Notes under the pieces: generated by a model | Told to the model about the DNA's origin: nothing | Database searches by the model: none | What the model saw: the letters and a program-made list of their open reading frames with translations, nothing else | Assembly: GCF_009834535.1 (NCBI RefSeq) | Contig: NC_045697.1 | Location: 8,434,001-8,498,000, forward strand | DNA length: 64,000 bases | Direction: 5' to 3' | Source of the DNA: Camelus ferus | Taxonomy: Eukaryota | Position numbers and translations under genes: made by a program | Shown: piece after piece, positions 25,310 to 37,164 of the stretch | How the letters are laid out: every line of letters begins with the position of its first letter | Position numbering within the stretch: position 1 is the first letter of the stretch

Positions 25310-27666
25310 TGATCTTGGCCTCTAGAAGTCCTGCCTGAATTGTTATAAAGTTCCACGGACCTCAATCTCAGGGCACAGTAGTGCTAAGAAACGCCCTAAG
25401 GGATCTCCCACAGTCCAGACATACCCTCCTTTACCTGCACTGTGTAGTCATCCAATTTCCCCCTGGTAATGAGGATCAATCAGTCCCCTAGGCAGCATAA
25501 GAACTTCCTTTTGTGCTGCTGATTCAGAATCATAAGAAGCCCAAAGTGGCTGGGTGGCGATTTTAACCTCCATTTCAGTGGAATCATGGGTGTGCCTCTG
25601 GGTGGAAGTGTTCCTCTCCCTGAGACTAAGACTGCTAGTCTAGCAGAGCGCAAGGTCATGGGAACAGTAAGCAGTAATTTTGCTAATGGGTCACTAGGGG
25701 TAGTAGTGAGTGGTGCCACCCCCATTTCCACACCTTGATTCCTGGACCCGTGATTTCTGGCTATGGGAGAAACAGCACCCTATACTTGACTCTGATTCAG
25801 CGCACATACAGCCCTCTGGAGAATCCTCCCCAGCCCTAAAAGGTATCACCACCTAACTAGCACTGTAACTGTATGCTCAGAAGGTCATTCCACCATTCTA
25901 TCAAACCAGCTGCTCCAGGATGGTGGTGAATCACACGGTAAGACCACTGAAGTCCATGAACAGGGGCCTACTGCCCCATTTCTTTTGCTGTGAAGTGAGT
26001 TCCTTGATCAGAAGTAAAGCTGTGTGGAATGCTCTGATGGTGAAGAAGGCATCCTATAAATCCAAAGATGGTATTTCTGGCAGAAGCACTGAGTGCAGAG
26101 GAAGCAAACCCATATCCAGAGTAAATGTCTATTCCCGAAAGAACAAAATGCTGCCTCTTCCATGATGGAATCGGTCTAATGTAATCAGTCTGCTACCTGG
26201 TAGCCTAGCTGATCATCTGGGGGACTGGTGCCATATTGGTAACTCCGTGTTGGTGTCTGCTGTTGACAGATGGGGCTCTCAGTGGTGAGCATAGCCAGGT
26301 CAGCCTTGGTGAGTAGAAGTCCATGTTACTGAGCCCATGCACAACTTCTATCTCTGCCACCATGGCCACTTTGCTCATGAGCCACTGGGAGATGATGGGG
26401 TGCCTGGGGACAGAGACTGACTAGTATCCACTGAGTGGGTCATTTTATCCACTTGATTATTAAAACCTTCCTCTACTGAGGTCACCCTTTGGTGAGCAGT
26501 CACATGGGACACAGATACCTTCACATTTTTTGCCTGTTCAGAGAGGTCTATCCACATATCTCTTCCTCAGATTTCCTTGTCACCAATTCTCCAATCATGT
26601 GCCTTCCAAGTCCCTGACCAACCAGCCAAACCACTGGCTACAACCCATGAATCCATATCTAGTAGGCCATCTGGCCATTTCTCCTTCCAAGAAAGTGAAT
26701 AACCAGAAGCACTGCTCAAAGTTCTGTCCACTGAGAGGCTTTCCCTTCAGCAGTGTCCCTCAGGGATGTCCCAGAAAGGGGTGTGGCACTGCATCCGTGC
26801 ACTTCCAGGCACCTGCCCAGCATACAGGGCTATCTGTAAACCAAGGGAAGACTCTTCTCTTCCTCTGTCCAGCTGATTACAAGGAAATCCCCATGAGGCC
26901 ACGGGTGCAGACTGGGAGAGGGAGGGCAGTTTGGCAGGAGTGGGGACCATGGGCATTTGGTCACTTCTTGAAACTTACCACGCCTCAAGCGGGACTGCTG
27001 AGGGCCGGTCATATTCATGCTACTTCCACTTGATGAAGGGGTGTCGTCTCTGCACACCCAGCTTCACGGTTTGGTGGGTCAGAGAACACTCAGTTTACAA
27101 AGGGCAGCTCAAGTCACATGGTGACTTGGTGGTACATGGCTAAGCATTCAGTCTGGTAAGGCCCAGTATAAGCCAAGAGCTGTCTCTCCAGTGGACCATG
27201 GTTACTGTGGAGGGTGGCAGGGCTCTGCTCTAAAAGCCTAGCGTCTGTGCTGTGATTCACCTGCAGGGGCTGCCAAAGGCTCCCAACAGCACTGCAGTCG
27301 GCTACTGTCAGAATGGCTAGATTTCAGGACCCAAACAGCAGAGCACAGCCGTCTGGACCTGTTGAAGAACCTTCTCTTGTCCTGAGCCCCACTCAGAACC
27401 AGCAGCCGTTCAAGTCACTCGGTAATGGGCCAGAGTAACACACCCAAATGAGGCATGTGTTGCTTCCAAACTCCAGAGACTTATGAAGCACTGTGTCCCT
27501 TTTTCAGTTGTAGGAAGAACCAGATGCAACAACTTTCCTTCAGTTTAGAAGGGATATCTTGGCCCCCACATCACTAGACATGTAGAAATTTCACTGACAT
27601 AGAAGGCTCTTGACTTTCTGTTGTGTTCATTTCCCACCCTCTGACATGCAAATGTCTTACCAGTTA

Positions 27667-28125
27667 CTAGAGTAGTTGCTGCCTCCTGTTCACAATGCCA
27701 TCAGTGTAAGGGGTCACTGTGATACCCTGTGGAAGGGAAAGGTGATCAAGAGCCCCGGGGGCAAGGAAAAAAAGAGCCCTAAAAACTAAATTATGACCCA
27801 GAGCTGGAGAGTTGACATGCCCCTGAGGTAGCACAGCAACAGTGTATTTATTGCTGGGCTTGTTAACTGGAAGAAACTGCTTTTGGTGGTCTGCACCAAT
27901 AGGTATCAAACAGTAAAAGTGATTTGCCAGATCAATCACTACATACCAGACACCAGGGGATGTGTTAATTTGCTCAAGCAAAGAAACCACATCTGGTACA
28001 GCAGCGGCAGCTGGAGTCACCACCTGGCTGGGCTTACTATAATCCACTGTCACTCCCCAAGACCCACCTGTCCTCTGTGCAGGCCAAGTAGATGCGCTGA
28101 GTGGGGATTTGGTGGAAATCACCAC
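27667..28125 (-). pseudogene. pol: ERV-L reverse transcriptase remnant
   Basis: DLAN and LPQG motifs present; the catalytic YxDD has decayed to YTDG; the frame is disrupted on both sides. Confidence 0.85.
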
Positions 28126-28967
28126 ACTGCCTCTTCCTAATCTTTGATGGTGTCACTAATCCCTGTAATACCTCCAGGAATTTGCTCTTGTTTTTGGTTT
28201 GCTGTTTTCCTAGATACATGCAGTTCGAACAGCCTCTGCATCCCACTGGAACAGCCCTCATTCCACAGGTCAGGAAATGAGTGTGGGGATTCTGCCAGCT
28301 GTCGACTGTATAACTACCTATTCTAATTCTTCATCCAGAACAGGGGAAATAAGCACAGGGTGGGCTTAGGGATCACTGATCCCACTGTGAGGTGGGCCTG
28401 ACCTACAATTCCACTCATCCCCTGATCTCCATAAACTGCTACTCTGACTGGTAGACAGAGGTGACAGTTCCAGGCCAGTATCCAGTAGCTCCTGAAAGTC
28501 CTGATTACGTCCTTTTCCCCAATGCAGTTGCCCTGGTGAAAGGTGGCAGGTCCATTTGGGGAAGCCCGGGAGGAAGATTAACAGTATAAATCTATGGCAG
28601 AGTGCTGGGGTCCTTCCTCAAGGGGAACCAGTCTCCCCTTCATTCAAGTTGTTCTGGGTCTGTAAACTGGCTCAAACCTGGAAATTGACTGAAGGGTCAT
28701 GACTTTACGTCTTTATGATTCAAGTTAGAGTTTTGGTCACCTGGGGCCTAGAACTTTTCTGCTTATACAGATCAGTGAGAATTGGTAAGCTTCCTGTGTA
28801 TCTCACTTCTAGTCACACTGTGATCAGTCAGCCAACACCAGAGAGCTCTGTGAGTCAGGCTATTCTAATCGCTGCTTTGACCCTGTTGTCCATGACAGTT
28901 ACCACTGCCCACCTTGACTTCTGTGGCTGAACACCATCGCTCGGCCCATCACTCCAGGATCCAACTA

Positions 28968-29191
28968 TAGTCAACCTTTGAACAACACAGGTTTGAACTA
29001 CACAGGCTCACTTATATGTGACTTTTTATTCTTTCAATAAATACAATACTACGTGATCTGTGGTTGGTTGAATCCAAGGATGAGGAGCTGCCAATACAGA
29101 GGGCCAAGTATGGGTCTTGAGCATCCTCAGATTTTTGGGGATGCCTGGTTGGCCCTGGAAGCACCCCCCTGTGGATACTGAGGGACAACTG
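28968..29191 (+). mobile_element. TcMar-Tigger (Tigger2/MER2-like) MITE, nested in ERV-L gag
   Basis: TA|TAGTCAACCTTTGAACAACACAGGTTTGAAC ... GGATACTGAGGGACAACTG|TA: TA duplication at 28966-28967 and 29192-29193, with imperfect TIRs. Confidence 0.85.
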
Positions 29192-30319
29192 TACCCCGAC
29201 AGCAGTTAGATTTCCCAATTCAGCAACTACTGTCCCCACTGCAAGGTCTGGTCTACAGAGAAGAGTGGTCACAGAGCTCTGTAAGGACACCAGGGCCCCC
29301 CTCATAAATCTATGTTCAAAGTATCAGTCAGAGCCATGTCTTCTGCACCCTCCAAGTGTGGCTGAGTAGGCCTTAAATAACAAATCCACTCTAACACACA
29401 CTGTCCCTAAGTCTCTGAACCGCTTCAGATACATTAAACCATAGAAGGGCCAGCATTTCTCATTTTCCCACCATAGGCCACATTTTTCATGTCCATGTTT
29501 CAGCCAATCAACCAAATGAACTGTTTGAGCTCTTTCTAGCTCCCTGAGCCACAGCATTACGTGCAGGACCTGTGCTTCGAGAGCCCACATCAGTTAGCTC
29601 AGCCTGATTCGACTTTATGGTCCTGCTACCTTTATCCCACAGCCTTAATATCCATTCTCACACGTGGCCCCACACTTACGTCTGCATAAATTAGAAAAGT
29701 CAAGTAGTTCTTTGGATGTGTAACACACCTCCTTATGGGTCACACTTTGTACCTCATCTCTAGGGGTCTTCTGGGACTTGAGTCTAGCTATGGGTCTAAA
29801 GCAAAAAGAAGCAGTGGGGGGGGGGGGGTCCTGAGGAAAACCAGCATTGTCTTGCACGATGATTATCACAATTTCAGGAAAGAGTTCACAGAGGCTGACT
29901 TGGGTGCACGGAGCTGCCCAAAATCTCCCAGAGAGAAGGTGTTAGAGGTAGGACAGCAAACTCCTTTGTGCATCTCCTTATCCCGAGATCTTTCATAGCA
30001 CTTTCCTTCCTCCTTTCCTCCCTCCCTCCCTTCCTTCCTTCTGTCTAAATGTCCAGGGCTGGAATCTGAGAAGGTGGGGAGGACCTACTTCCAAAAAGAT
30101 GGTATTGGAAGTGGGGAGGCCGAAAGAGGGCAGGAAAGAGGTGGGGGAGCACACACAGGCAGCCCCGACTCAGACTAGGACCACTGATCTCCACTACGTG
30201 ACTGATCTGTGGCTTGCGTGCTTAATGGATCAGATCAGAATTCTAGCCCTGCTCCATCAAAATCGATTGCAAATGTTCGTCTGTGCCTGCTGATCTGTAA
30301 TGGTATGTGATGTATTTCA

Positions 30320-30457
30320 TCTTTGAAAAAGTCCACTGCTTTTGATTTTTTTTTCCACCATCTAAAAATGTAAAAAAATATTCTTAGCTCTTGGACCATA
30401 CAAATACAGGCAGGGAGTGCCCCCCACTGCCTCCCTGCAAAGTTTGCCAATCTCTGC
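30320..30457 (+). mobile_element. MER58-like hAT-Charlie fragment
   Basis: CCATCTAAAAATGTAAAAAAATATTCTTAGCTC..GGACCATACAAATACAGGC...AGTTTGCCAATCTCTG. Confidence 0.7.
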
Positions 30458-30624
30458 AATATAACTACAGAGTCTGTCTTGTCTCAGCCAGGTTGCTAGA
30501 TGGTTATTTCCTGCTAGATGCCAGGATGGAATGCTGGCACAGTCACCATCAGCTCCAGGTGCTGTTTCCTTTCCAAGTAAGCAAGCTTAGTAAGCAACTT
30601 TAATAACTACTATTTATTTAGACA

Positions 30625-30740
30625 GAAGGAAGGAAGGAAGGGAGGGAGGAAGGGAGGGAGGGAAGGAGGAAGGAAAGAAGGAGGGAGGGAAGAGGGGGAA
30701 GGGAGGGAGGGGAAGGGAGGGAGGAAGGAAAGAAAGGAAA
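30625..30740. repeat. (GGAA/GGGA)n purine-rich simple repeat
   Basis: Direct inspection. Confidence 0.9.
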
Positions 30741-30749
30741 AAATATATT

Positions 30750-30970
30750 TCAAAAAGCCTACTATGTTGCTGGCTCTGTGCTACATATTGTATATATATT
30801 ACCTCATTTAATCCTAATAACCCTATAAAGTATGTGTTATTATCCCATTGTACAGATAAGAAAAATAAAGCTCAGAGAGGTTAAGTGGTTGCCCTCAAGT
30901 CACAGAGCAAATGAGTGGCAGAGACCAGCTCCCCACCCAGACACATTTAACTCAGAAGTCCCTGGGTCCT
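30750..30970 (-). mobile_element. MIR SINE
   Basis: CTCATTTAATCCT..CCCATTGTACAGATAAG..GCTCAGAGAGGTTAAGTGGTTGCCC core. Confidence 0.85.
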
Positions 30971-31014
30971 TTCCACCTTTTCCTGCTTCCTTGGAATCAG
31001 TCAAACTTATAACC

Positions 31015-31515
31015 AGTGAATGAAAAATACTGCAAACCAAATCAGTAAACAAAGACTGCTGAAGCCATCAAGTCTTCAGCGGCTGCCGCCACCCCCCAGT
31101 GAAGACAAGCCTGCAGCCCGGCCTCTGCAGCCACTCACGGTGGTGCACTCTGAGGGGACTCAGAATAAGAAAGGACAAGAGACTGGTCCCAGATAGCTAG
31201 ATGCTTGTCAAAGGAGAGAATTCAATGAGCCCAAATGTTTGCTTCCTCCCATACATAGAAAAGCACTAAATTCTTTAACTTCTTGAGATGCCTGGTTTTC
31301 TTTAGTTAACTAGTAAACTTTAAATGTTCCAACTACCTGCTCTTCGTTGTGAAACTCCTATATATCCTAGCTCCTCCCCTACCTCTTCGGAGCAGTCCTT
31401 CAGAGCCATCTAGGAGGCTGTCATCCCGGGCTCGAAGGGGTTCGAGTCTTCAGAAATGTCCGCCAAATAAAACATAACTCTCAACTTTTAGGCTGCGCAT
31501 TTATTTCCATCGACA
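31015..31515 (+). mobile_element. ERV1-type solo LTR
   Basis: 4-bp TSD AACC (31011-31014 and 31516-31519); ends ...TCGACA; TATA-like TATATAT at ~31359; AATAAA at ~31466; 5' terminal TG apparently mutated to AG. Confidence 0.75.
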
Positions 31516-31744
31516 AACCCCAAATGCAAGTCCTCATTGTTGTTGTATTCTTGTTTGTTTGTTTGTTTTTGGAGATTTTTATAGATAAGCTTATTTCAGC
31601 AGAGGCCATACCTGGGCTCATCCAGTATTTTCCTGGAAAACCAGGATTAAAAAAAAAACATTTTCAAGTTCAAGCAGCTTCCTGGCACTGGGAAGTGTTT
31701 GAGAAGAAAGGGCTCTTTGTCCCTGGTGTTGCACCATGGACGTA

Positions 31745-33500
31745 ATCTCATTTTCAGCTAATCAATTCATATACAGTAAAAAGCCTAATGTGATTCCTCA
31801 TTAGCTGAGGACCATAAAGAAACGGGTTCCGAGGCTGCACTAAATCCCAAAATGGCTGGCACCTCCCGCTCGGCGATTATCAAATTGGCTGGCATTAATC
31901 ATTTTTAATGGCCAATTTGTGTTTTTTTTACTTAAAAAAAATGGGGAGGGGGAAGACTCGTCTGATGATTGGTGTAAAAAAAAACAAGCAGGTTTAGTAA
32001 AATCTTATTTAAAAAAAAAAAGTGGGAGAGAATTAATCAGGGGGGAGGGATGGAAAAAACGGAGAAGCTTGAATCACCTTTGTCAGGTATGTAGCTGGGA
32101 CCAGCAAAACAGACCGTGGAGAGACCTTTCAGCAGAGGCCTGCAGGGGGGGCTGTCAATGGTCCCTTTATTTGTGAAAGATGGATTATTTTAAATAAATT
32201 ACAGAGCACTTTCGCTGAATAAACAGCGTCTCGGTGGCTGTGGTGTGCTGCACATGCTTAATTGCGCCACAGAAAATCCTAAATGACTCTTGAGCCTGGG
32301 GCCAGGCTTTGAGTTTGCTATCAGAAAAAAAGGACCTGAGGACTCAGGTCGGGGCCCAGAGGGTTTGGGGCTGAAAGGCAGTGCCATAGAGAAGCCTAAT
32401 CAGGACTATATCCTTATAACAGTTCGGAAAACCACAGGGATGGAGGATTCCCAAAACTGCACAAGGCTCCTCAGAAGTGAGCCATCTGCATGTCATTTTT
32501 ATTTGCGTTTGATATGTTAAATGCCCCCCGATGTTTATGGCGTGGAAGCCCACTCAAACGTCGCAAAGATTCCTTGGCCAAAGCAAGAGGACACGCTCCC
32601 TCCTTAGCTACTGGGCCCCAACACACACCCCGCCCCCTCCCTCCCTCCGTAGACCCTGTTACTGTCCCTTCTTTGACCAGAAGGTTTACCGTGAGAATTG
32701 CACCTAAATAGAGAGTTTTAGATTCTTTTTAAGAATCTCAGTACAATCTGACCTTGTTTTAGGAACGGGTTAAAGTGATTTATTATGTGAGGACCCGGAG
32801 TGAGTACAGGCGGGAGTCAGGCTAATGCTGGAAGCAGGAAAGGGCATTTGAGCCCCTTCCCAAGGAACCTGGCCTCGGGCAGGGAGCCGGAATCAAGAGA
32901 TGATGAAGAGCTCAGAGCGCAAGCAAATCAAGTCAGGAGAACAGGTACCGCTATGTTTTGCGGGAGGCATGGGGTATTAATTTTGACAGCTGGTATTACA
33001 GAAAGTAAAATGACTCTCATTTGCTAATATCCCCCAAATTGAATAGCAACAAGCAAGCAGCTACCAGTCTCCTTGATGAACAGCAATCAAGAAAAAAAAA
33101 AAAAAAAGAAGAAGGAGGAGAATATAGTCAAGCCTCACAAAAATCATAGAATCTGGGCTTTCTCTTGAGAATTTCAACACATACTACTTTAATAAGGGAC
33201 TTACCACCCTCCCCCAAATGGAGCTGTGAAATTCTTCCCCAAAGCTGACACAATTAATTGCATTTGCAGTTAACACAATTAAAGTGTAACTGAAAGACTG
33301 GCCTGCACCTCATAAATCTCAGATGTTAAGAGGGATAATCAAGTTGATAAATCACTGGGTTGTACCACCTGAGAAAGTATATAAAGGTCCAAGATCGTGG
33401 GAAAGGATGAGGCATTAATGAGGGATAACAAGGTAGACCAGCAACCTTAACTGAGATGTCACAATTATTCTGAGACTTCTCCTGATTGTTTAATTTTGCA
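31745..33500. promoter_or_regulatory. Candidate conserved non-coding element / developmental enhancer cluster
   Basis: No recognisable repeat; dense TAAT/ATTA sites, TTAATGG (31905), CTGTCAATGG (32152-32161), TTTATGG (32534), TGACAG (32984); CpGs retained. Inference from composition only. Confidence 0.5.
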
Positions 33501-33737
33501 TAGAATTGTGCAAACTGCTTAAAAGATGTTCATTTTGAACCTGCTGTTAACTGACTCCCTCAGAAGGTGGTCAGCCAACTCCAACACTAGTATGTCAGCT
33601 GTGAGCGCTTCATCTTTCTTCCATATATCAGTAGGGCTGAGTTGTTAATAGGTGCCTATACTCAGACTTACAGTGAGGTAGGAAAAGAGGACATACACAA
33701 AAGAAAAATCAATCCTTCCAAAAGGGTGCCAGTCAGA

Positions 33738-33877
33738 GGGGGCAGGTTTAGCTCAATTGGTAGAGCACATGATTAGCATGCACAAGGTCCTGGGTTCAAT
33801 CCCCAGCACTTCCATTAAGTAAATAAATAAACAAGCCTAATTACCTCCCCCTTCAAAAAATAAAAAATACTTTTTTA
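33738..33877 (+). mobile_element. Camelid tRNA-derived SINE with perfect 18-bp TSD
   Basis: AAAAGGGTGCCAGTCAGA at 33720-33737 and 33878-33895; A box TAGCTCAATTGG; B box GGTTCAATCCC. Confidence 0.93.
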
Positions 33878-34504
33878 AAAAGGGTGCCAGTCAGAAACTG
33901 TAAAATCTGTAAAATGGGTATAACCCTGGATACTTCAATTTTCTGAGAATTAGGTTGCTCGTGTACAACTGAGGAGAATACAACCCAATTCAATATTCAA
34001 AATGTTGTTTTGAGGATTAAGGACAAAACAATACAGTAAAATCTCTAATAGTAGGTGCACAATAAACATCCAGATTTTTTTAAAGAAAATAAATGCCACA
34101 GGGGTAAAAGGAAAGTGTGTTTGGTAGCTGAGACATGTCTTATTCAGAGTGAAGGGAACTAAGTGATGATGTGGCAGCAACTTGCTTCCAGATCAGAGAA
34201 GATCTTAAAGGCTGCACTGTGGACTCTGTCCTGACAGCAAAGAGGAGCTGTGGATGGATCTTAAATTTGGCAGGGAGTCGTATTACCAAAGCTGATATTA
34301 TGACAGGAATCAGCCCTGTACCAAAAGGAAAAAAGTATGTGAAGTGGGAGCAGAGACTACAGGTTGCAGCAGTGGAGACATGAATGCACAACCGGATGGG
34401 GCATTTTCAATGTAATTAAAAATGAGAGAACAAGAAACAACAGAGGTAAAGGACACAGGAAAGTCAAATCTTAATTTGAAATGTGAGGCCCAGGAAGTTG
34501 GGAG

Positions 34505-35480
34505 AACTCATTCATTTACTCATTTATTGATGGTCTCAAAATAAATTTAATAAGCACTTATTATTGCCAGATACTGTGCTAGAGAATATAAACAAAAGAA
34601 TAGGCTGACAGTCATGCAAATAAATAAATACAGCATATGTCTTATAATCAGTACTATACATAACAGCACACAAAGAAAATACAAATGTGGCCATATTGAA
34701 TTCTGGAAAGTTAGGATAAGCCCCCAGAGGTAAGGTGATTTTGGAGCTGAATCTAAATTCCCTAGACAGAAAAGCAAGGAACAGCATCCAGGCAGAAAGA
34801 ACAGCATGTACAAGAACATGGAGACATGAACTTGAATGCTACATTTGAGAAACATGCTAAAGTTCAGTATAGTTGGATTTTCGTTGTATGGTCAGGAAAA
34901 TGAAGCTAGAGAGGTCAGTGGAGGCCAAATTATGAAGGTTCTTACGCATCAAGACAAAGAGTTTACATTTTACCCCACAGATCACAAGAAAGCTAATGAA
35001 GGCTTTCAGTGTGCTAAGCAGGCCGGTGCCATTATCAGAAATAGGTCCTGCAGGTGGAGACCTAATATGAAAAGAAAGATGTGGATTTTGATTTCAAACA
35101 TGTTGAACTGGAGGAGACATCCAGGTAACCTACATGGAAGTGTTCAGTGTGTAGTTACAGAAATAACTCTAGTCTGTGGGGATGTAGCCAGGTGGAAAGA
35201 TGAATTTTGAAGATGCTGCAAAAAGGTGACTGGTGAGATTTTAGAGTGGCTCATACATTTGGGGGAAGGTGCAGAGAGAGAAAAGAAGAGGACCCTGAAC
35301 TGAACTGTGTAAATTCTATACTCAAGAAGGAAGAAAGGCAAGCCGGGCAAGAAAAGGCAGAAGGAGACCCAGCTCCCTGGAATGGAAGGGAAGCCCAGGA
35401 GGAAAGGAAATCAGCAGATTCAAGATAATCAAAGGAGAAAGGCAAGGACTAATAGAAGAGCTGAAATAACCTACAGTTGG
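34505..35480 (-). mobile_element. L2 LINE fragments
   Basis: CATTCATTT..TAAGCACTTATTATTGCCAGATACTGTGCTAG (antisense L2 tail) and TGTTGAACTGGAGGAGACATCCAGGT. Confidence 0.7.
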
Positions 35481-36199
35481 ACAGAGCCTGCAGGATGCTG
35501 AGCTTGGCAAAGGGCCCGAAACTGCAAGAAACACATCACATCAAGTAGAGAAAACAGTCCTTCCCCTAAGAAACTCAATATTTCACCCAGAAAATCAAGG
35601 TTAATCCTCCTTTTAAAATAGCAAATAGCAAAAGACAAGATATAACTCACTCTATAGCGTGCGGTACATTTTTAAGAGCTGCAGAAAATCTGAGAAGGGC
35701 AGGTTTTAATATCAGGAGAGGTTCAGGGATGCGTTTGACTTGCCTTGGCCTTGAAGGACAGGAAAGAACTGGCTGGGGAAACAGGACTACAATAGGCCAT
35801 TCTAGCAGGAGGAAATTCCTGAGCTAAAGCCAAGAGTCAGGAATGAGAGTAGTGTTTTGACAGGACAGCGAGGAGCCCAAACTGTCGGGTAGAGAATTCA
35901 AATTTGGAAAGAGTAGGAAACAAGATAGGATAGGTTGGAATGAGCTAGAATGTGAAGGGCCTTGAAAGTCAGGTAGAGAAATGTGTGTTTGTGAACCCAG
36001 CCTTCAGTAGAAGCAGACAGATGAGCATGTACCTTTAACTCCATCCAGTTCTAAGCCAGCTTTTAGGCATCCATCCATCCATTCGCTGACTCACCCATTC
36101 AGTAAGTGACAAGCTGGATGCCTCAACAGGTAGGAAGACCAGGAAGGCTCAAGAGATCAGAACAATCACCCCCATTCTTCCTTCCACCATGATGTAAGT

Positions 36200-37150
36200 G
36201 CCAGCCCAGGTAAGACACTGTACGAGAACTGAGGTCTACGAAGCCCACGACAAGCCAGTGTGTCATCAGTAAGATCCTCTGTAACTGAGCTCCTTCTCTG
36301 AACATCCCTTACATCTTTTGTTCTCACTAAAACCTGGCTTCACCCTGAGGACACTGGCTTCTTATAACCTCCTCAATGGTGGCTGTTTCTCTACCAAATC
36401 CTCTAGAGCTGGAGGAGGAATAGGTGTCCTGGTCTTCCCTTTTTGGCACCTCTGACACCGATTCTTCCTCCTCCCTAAAACGCCACTGCTCCCTGGAAAT
36501 GGATGTCAACAGCATACATCATTCCCCTGCTTGCAGCTGTCATCTGGAGACCCCGGGACTACTTTCCTCCCATTCCTTCATATTAGTCTGACTTACTGTC
36601 CCTCTTTCCAGCATCACCGTCATAATTCTTGGCAGTTATACTCACAAATGATTCTTCAAATAACCCGGACAGTTCCCTGGCCTCTTTCCTTCCCATGATC
36701 TTGTCTTCCACCTGCATTGGTCATACCTGAGAACATCATGACCAGTCACTGTAGCCCCTTCCTGATCCCAACTCTAAGCTCCCCTCTGTGCCCCACTTTC
36801 CATCCCTCGGTTTTCTCTCCTTCCTCTGGTGATTCTTCCCAGTTTCCTGCCTAACTCAGATCCCATAGGCTCTTGCAGAAGCTCTCAGTCTCTTTGCTTC
36901 TGCCTCCTCCAATGGTACTCACCTAGCAAATTCCAAACTCCAGGTAGACTGAATTCTGCTTCTGCACCTGGACGATTGAATATTCTAGTGAAAAAGCACA
37001 AACCACAGTGATGGATCTCACACTCAGTGTACGACAGCCACTCTCCAACACGTCTTTCATGCTGCCTGGCAACCCTCCAGCGTTCCCCTCTGACATCCAT
37101 TCTCCCGCTCTCCTGAACAGCCTACACTACCTGCTCCTCACGTCTGAAAT
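36200..37150 (+). mobile_element. L2 ORF-region relic
   Basis: CT-rich L2 endonuclease-region motifs (CTAAAACCTGGCTTCACCCTGAGGACACTG; ATGATCTTGTCTTCCACC). Confidence 0.55.
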
Positions 37151-37164
37151 CACCGAACAGTCTC

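Larger units (their letters stand above)
24674..29885 (-). mobile_element. Degenerate ERV-L internal region (gag-pol-RNaseH-IN-dUTPase); 5' end and 5' LTR missing
   Basis: Minus-strand ORF remnants: RT (WGVTVDY...VVIDLANHF...LPQGHVNSPAL, 27667-28125), RNaseH (VSHVTAHQ..NNQVDKM, 26375-26557), dUTPase-like (TLPPRGTPMIPLKWRL..HFGLLM, 25480-25731) and gag-like (FPQDPPPP..RPIARLKSQ, 29645-29869). dUTPase 3' of pol is the ERV-L arrangement. Confidence 0.92.
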
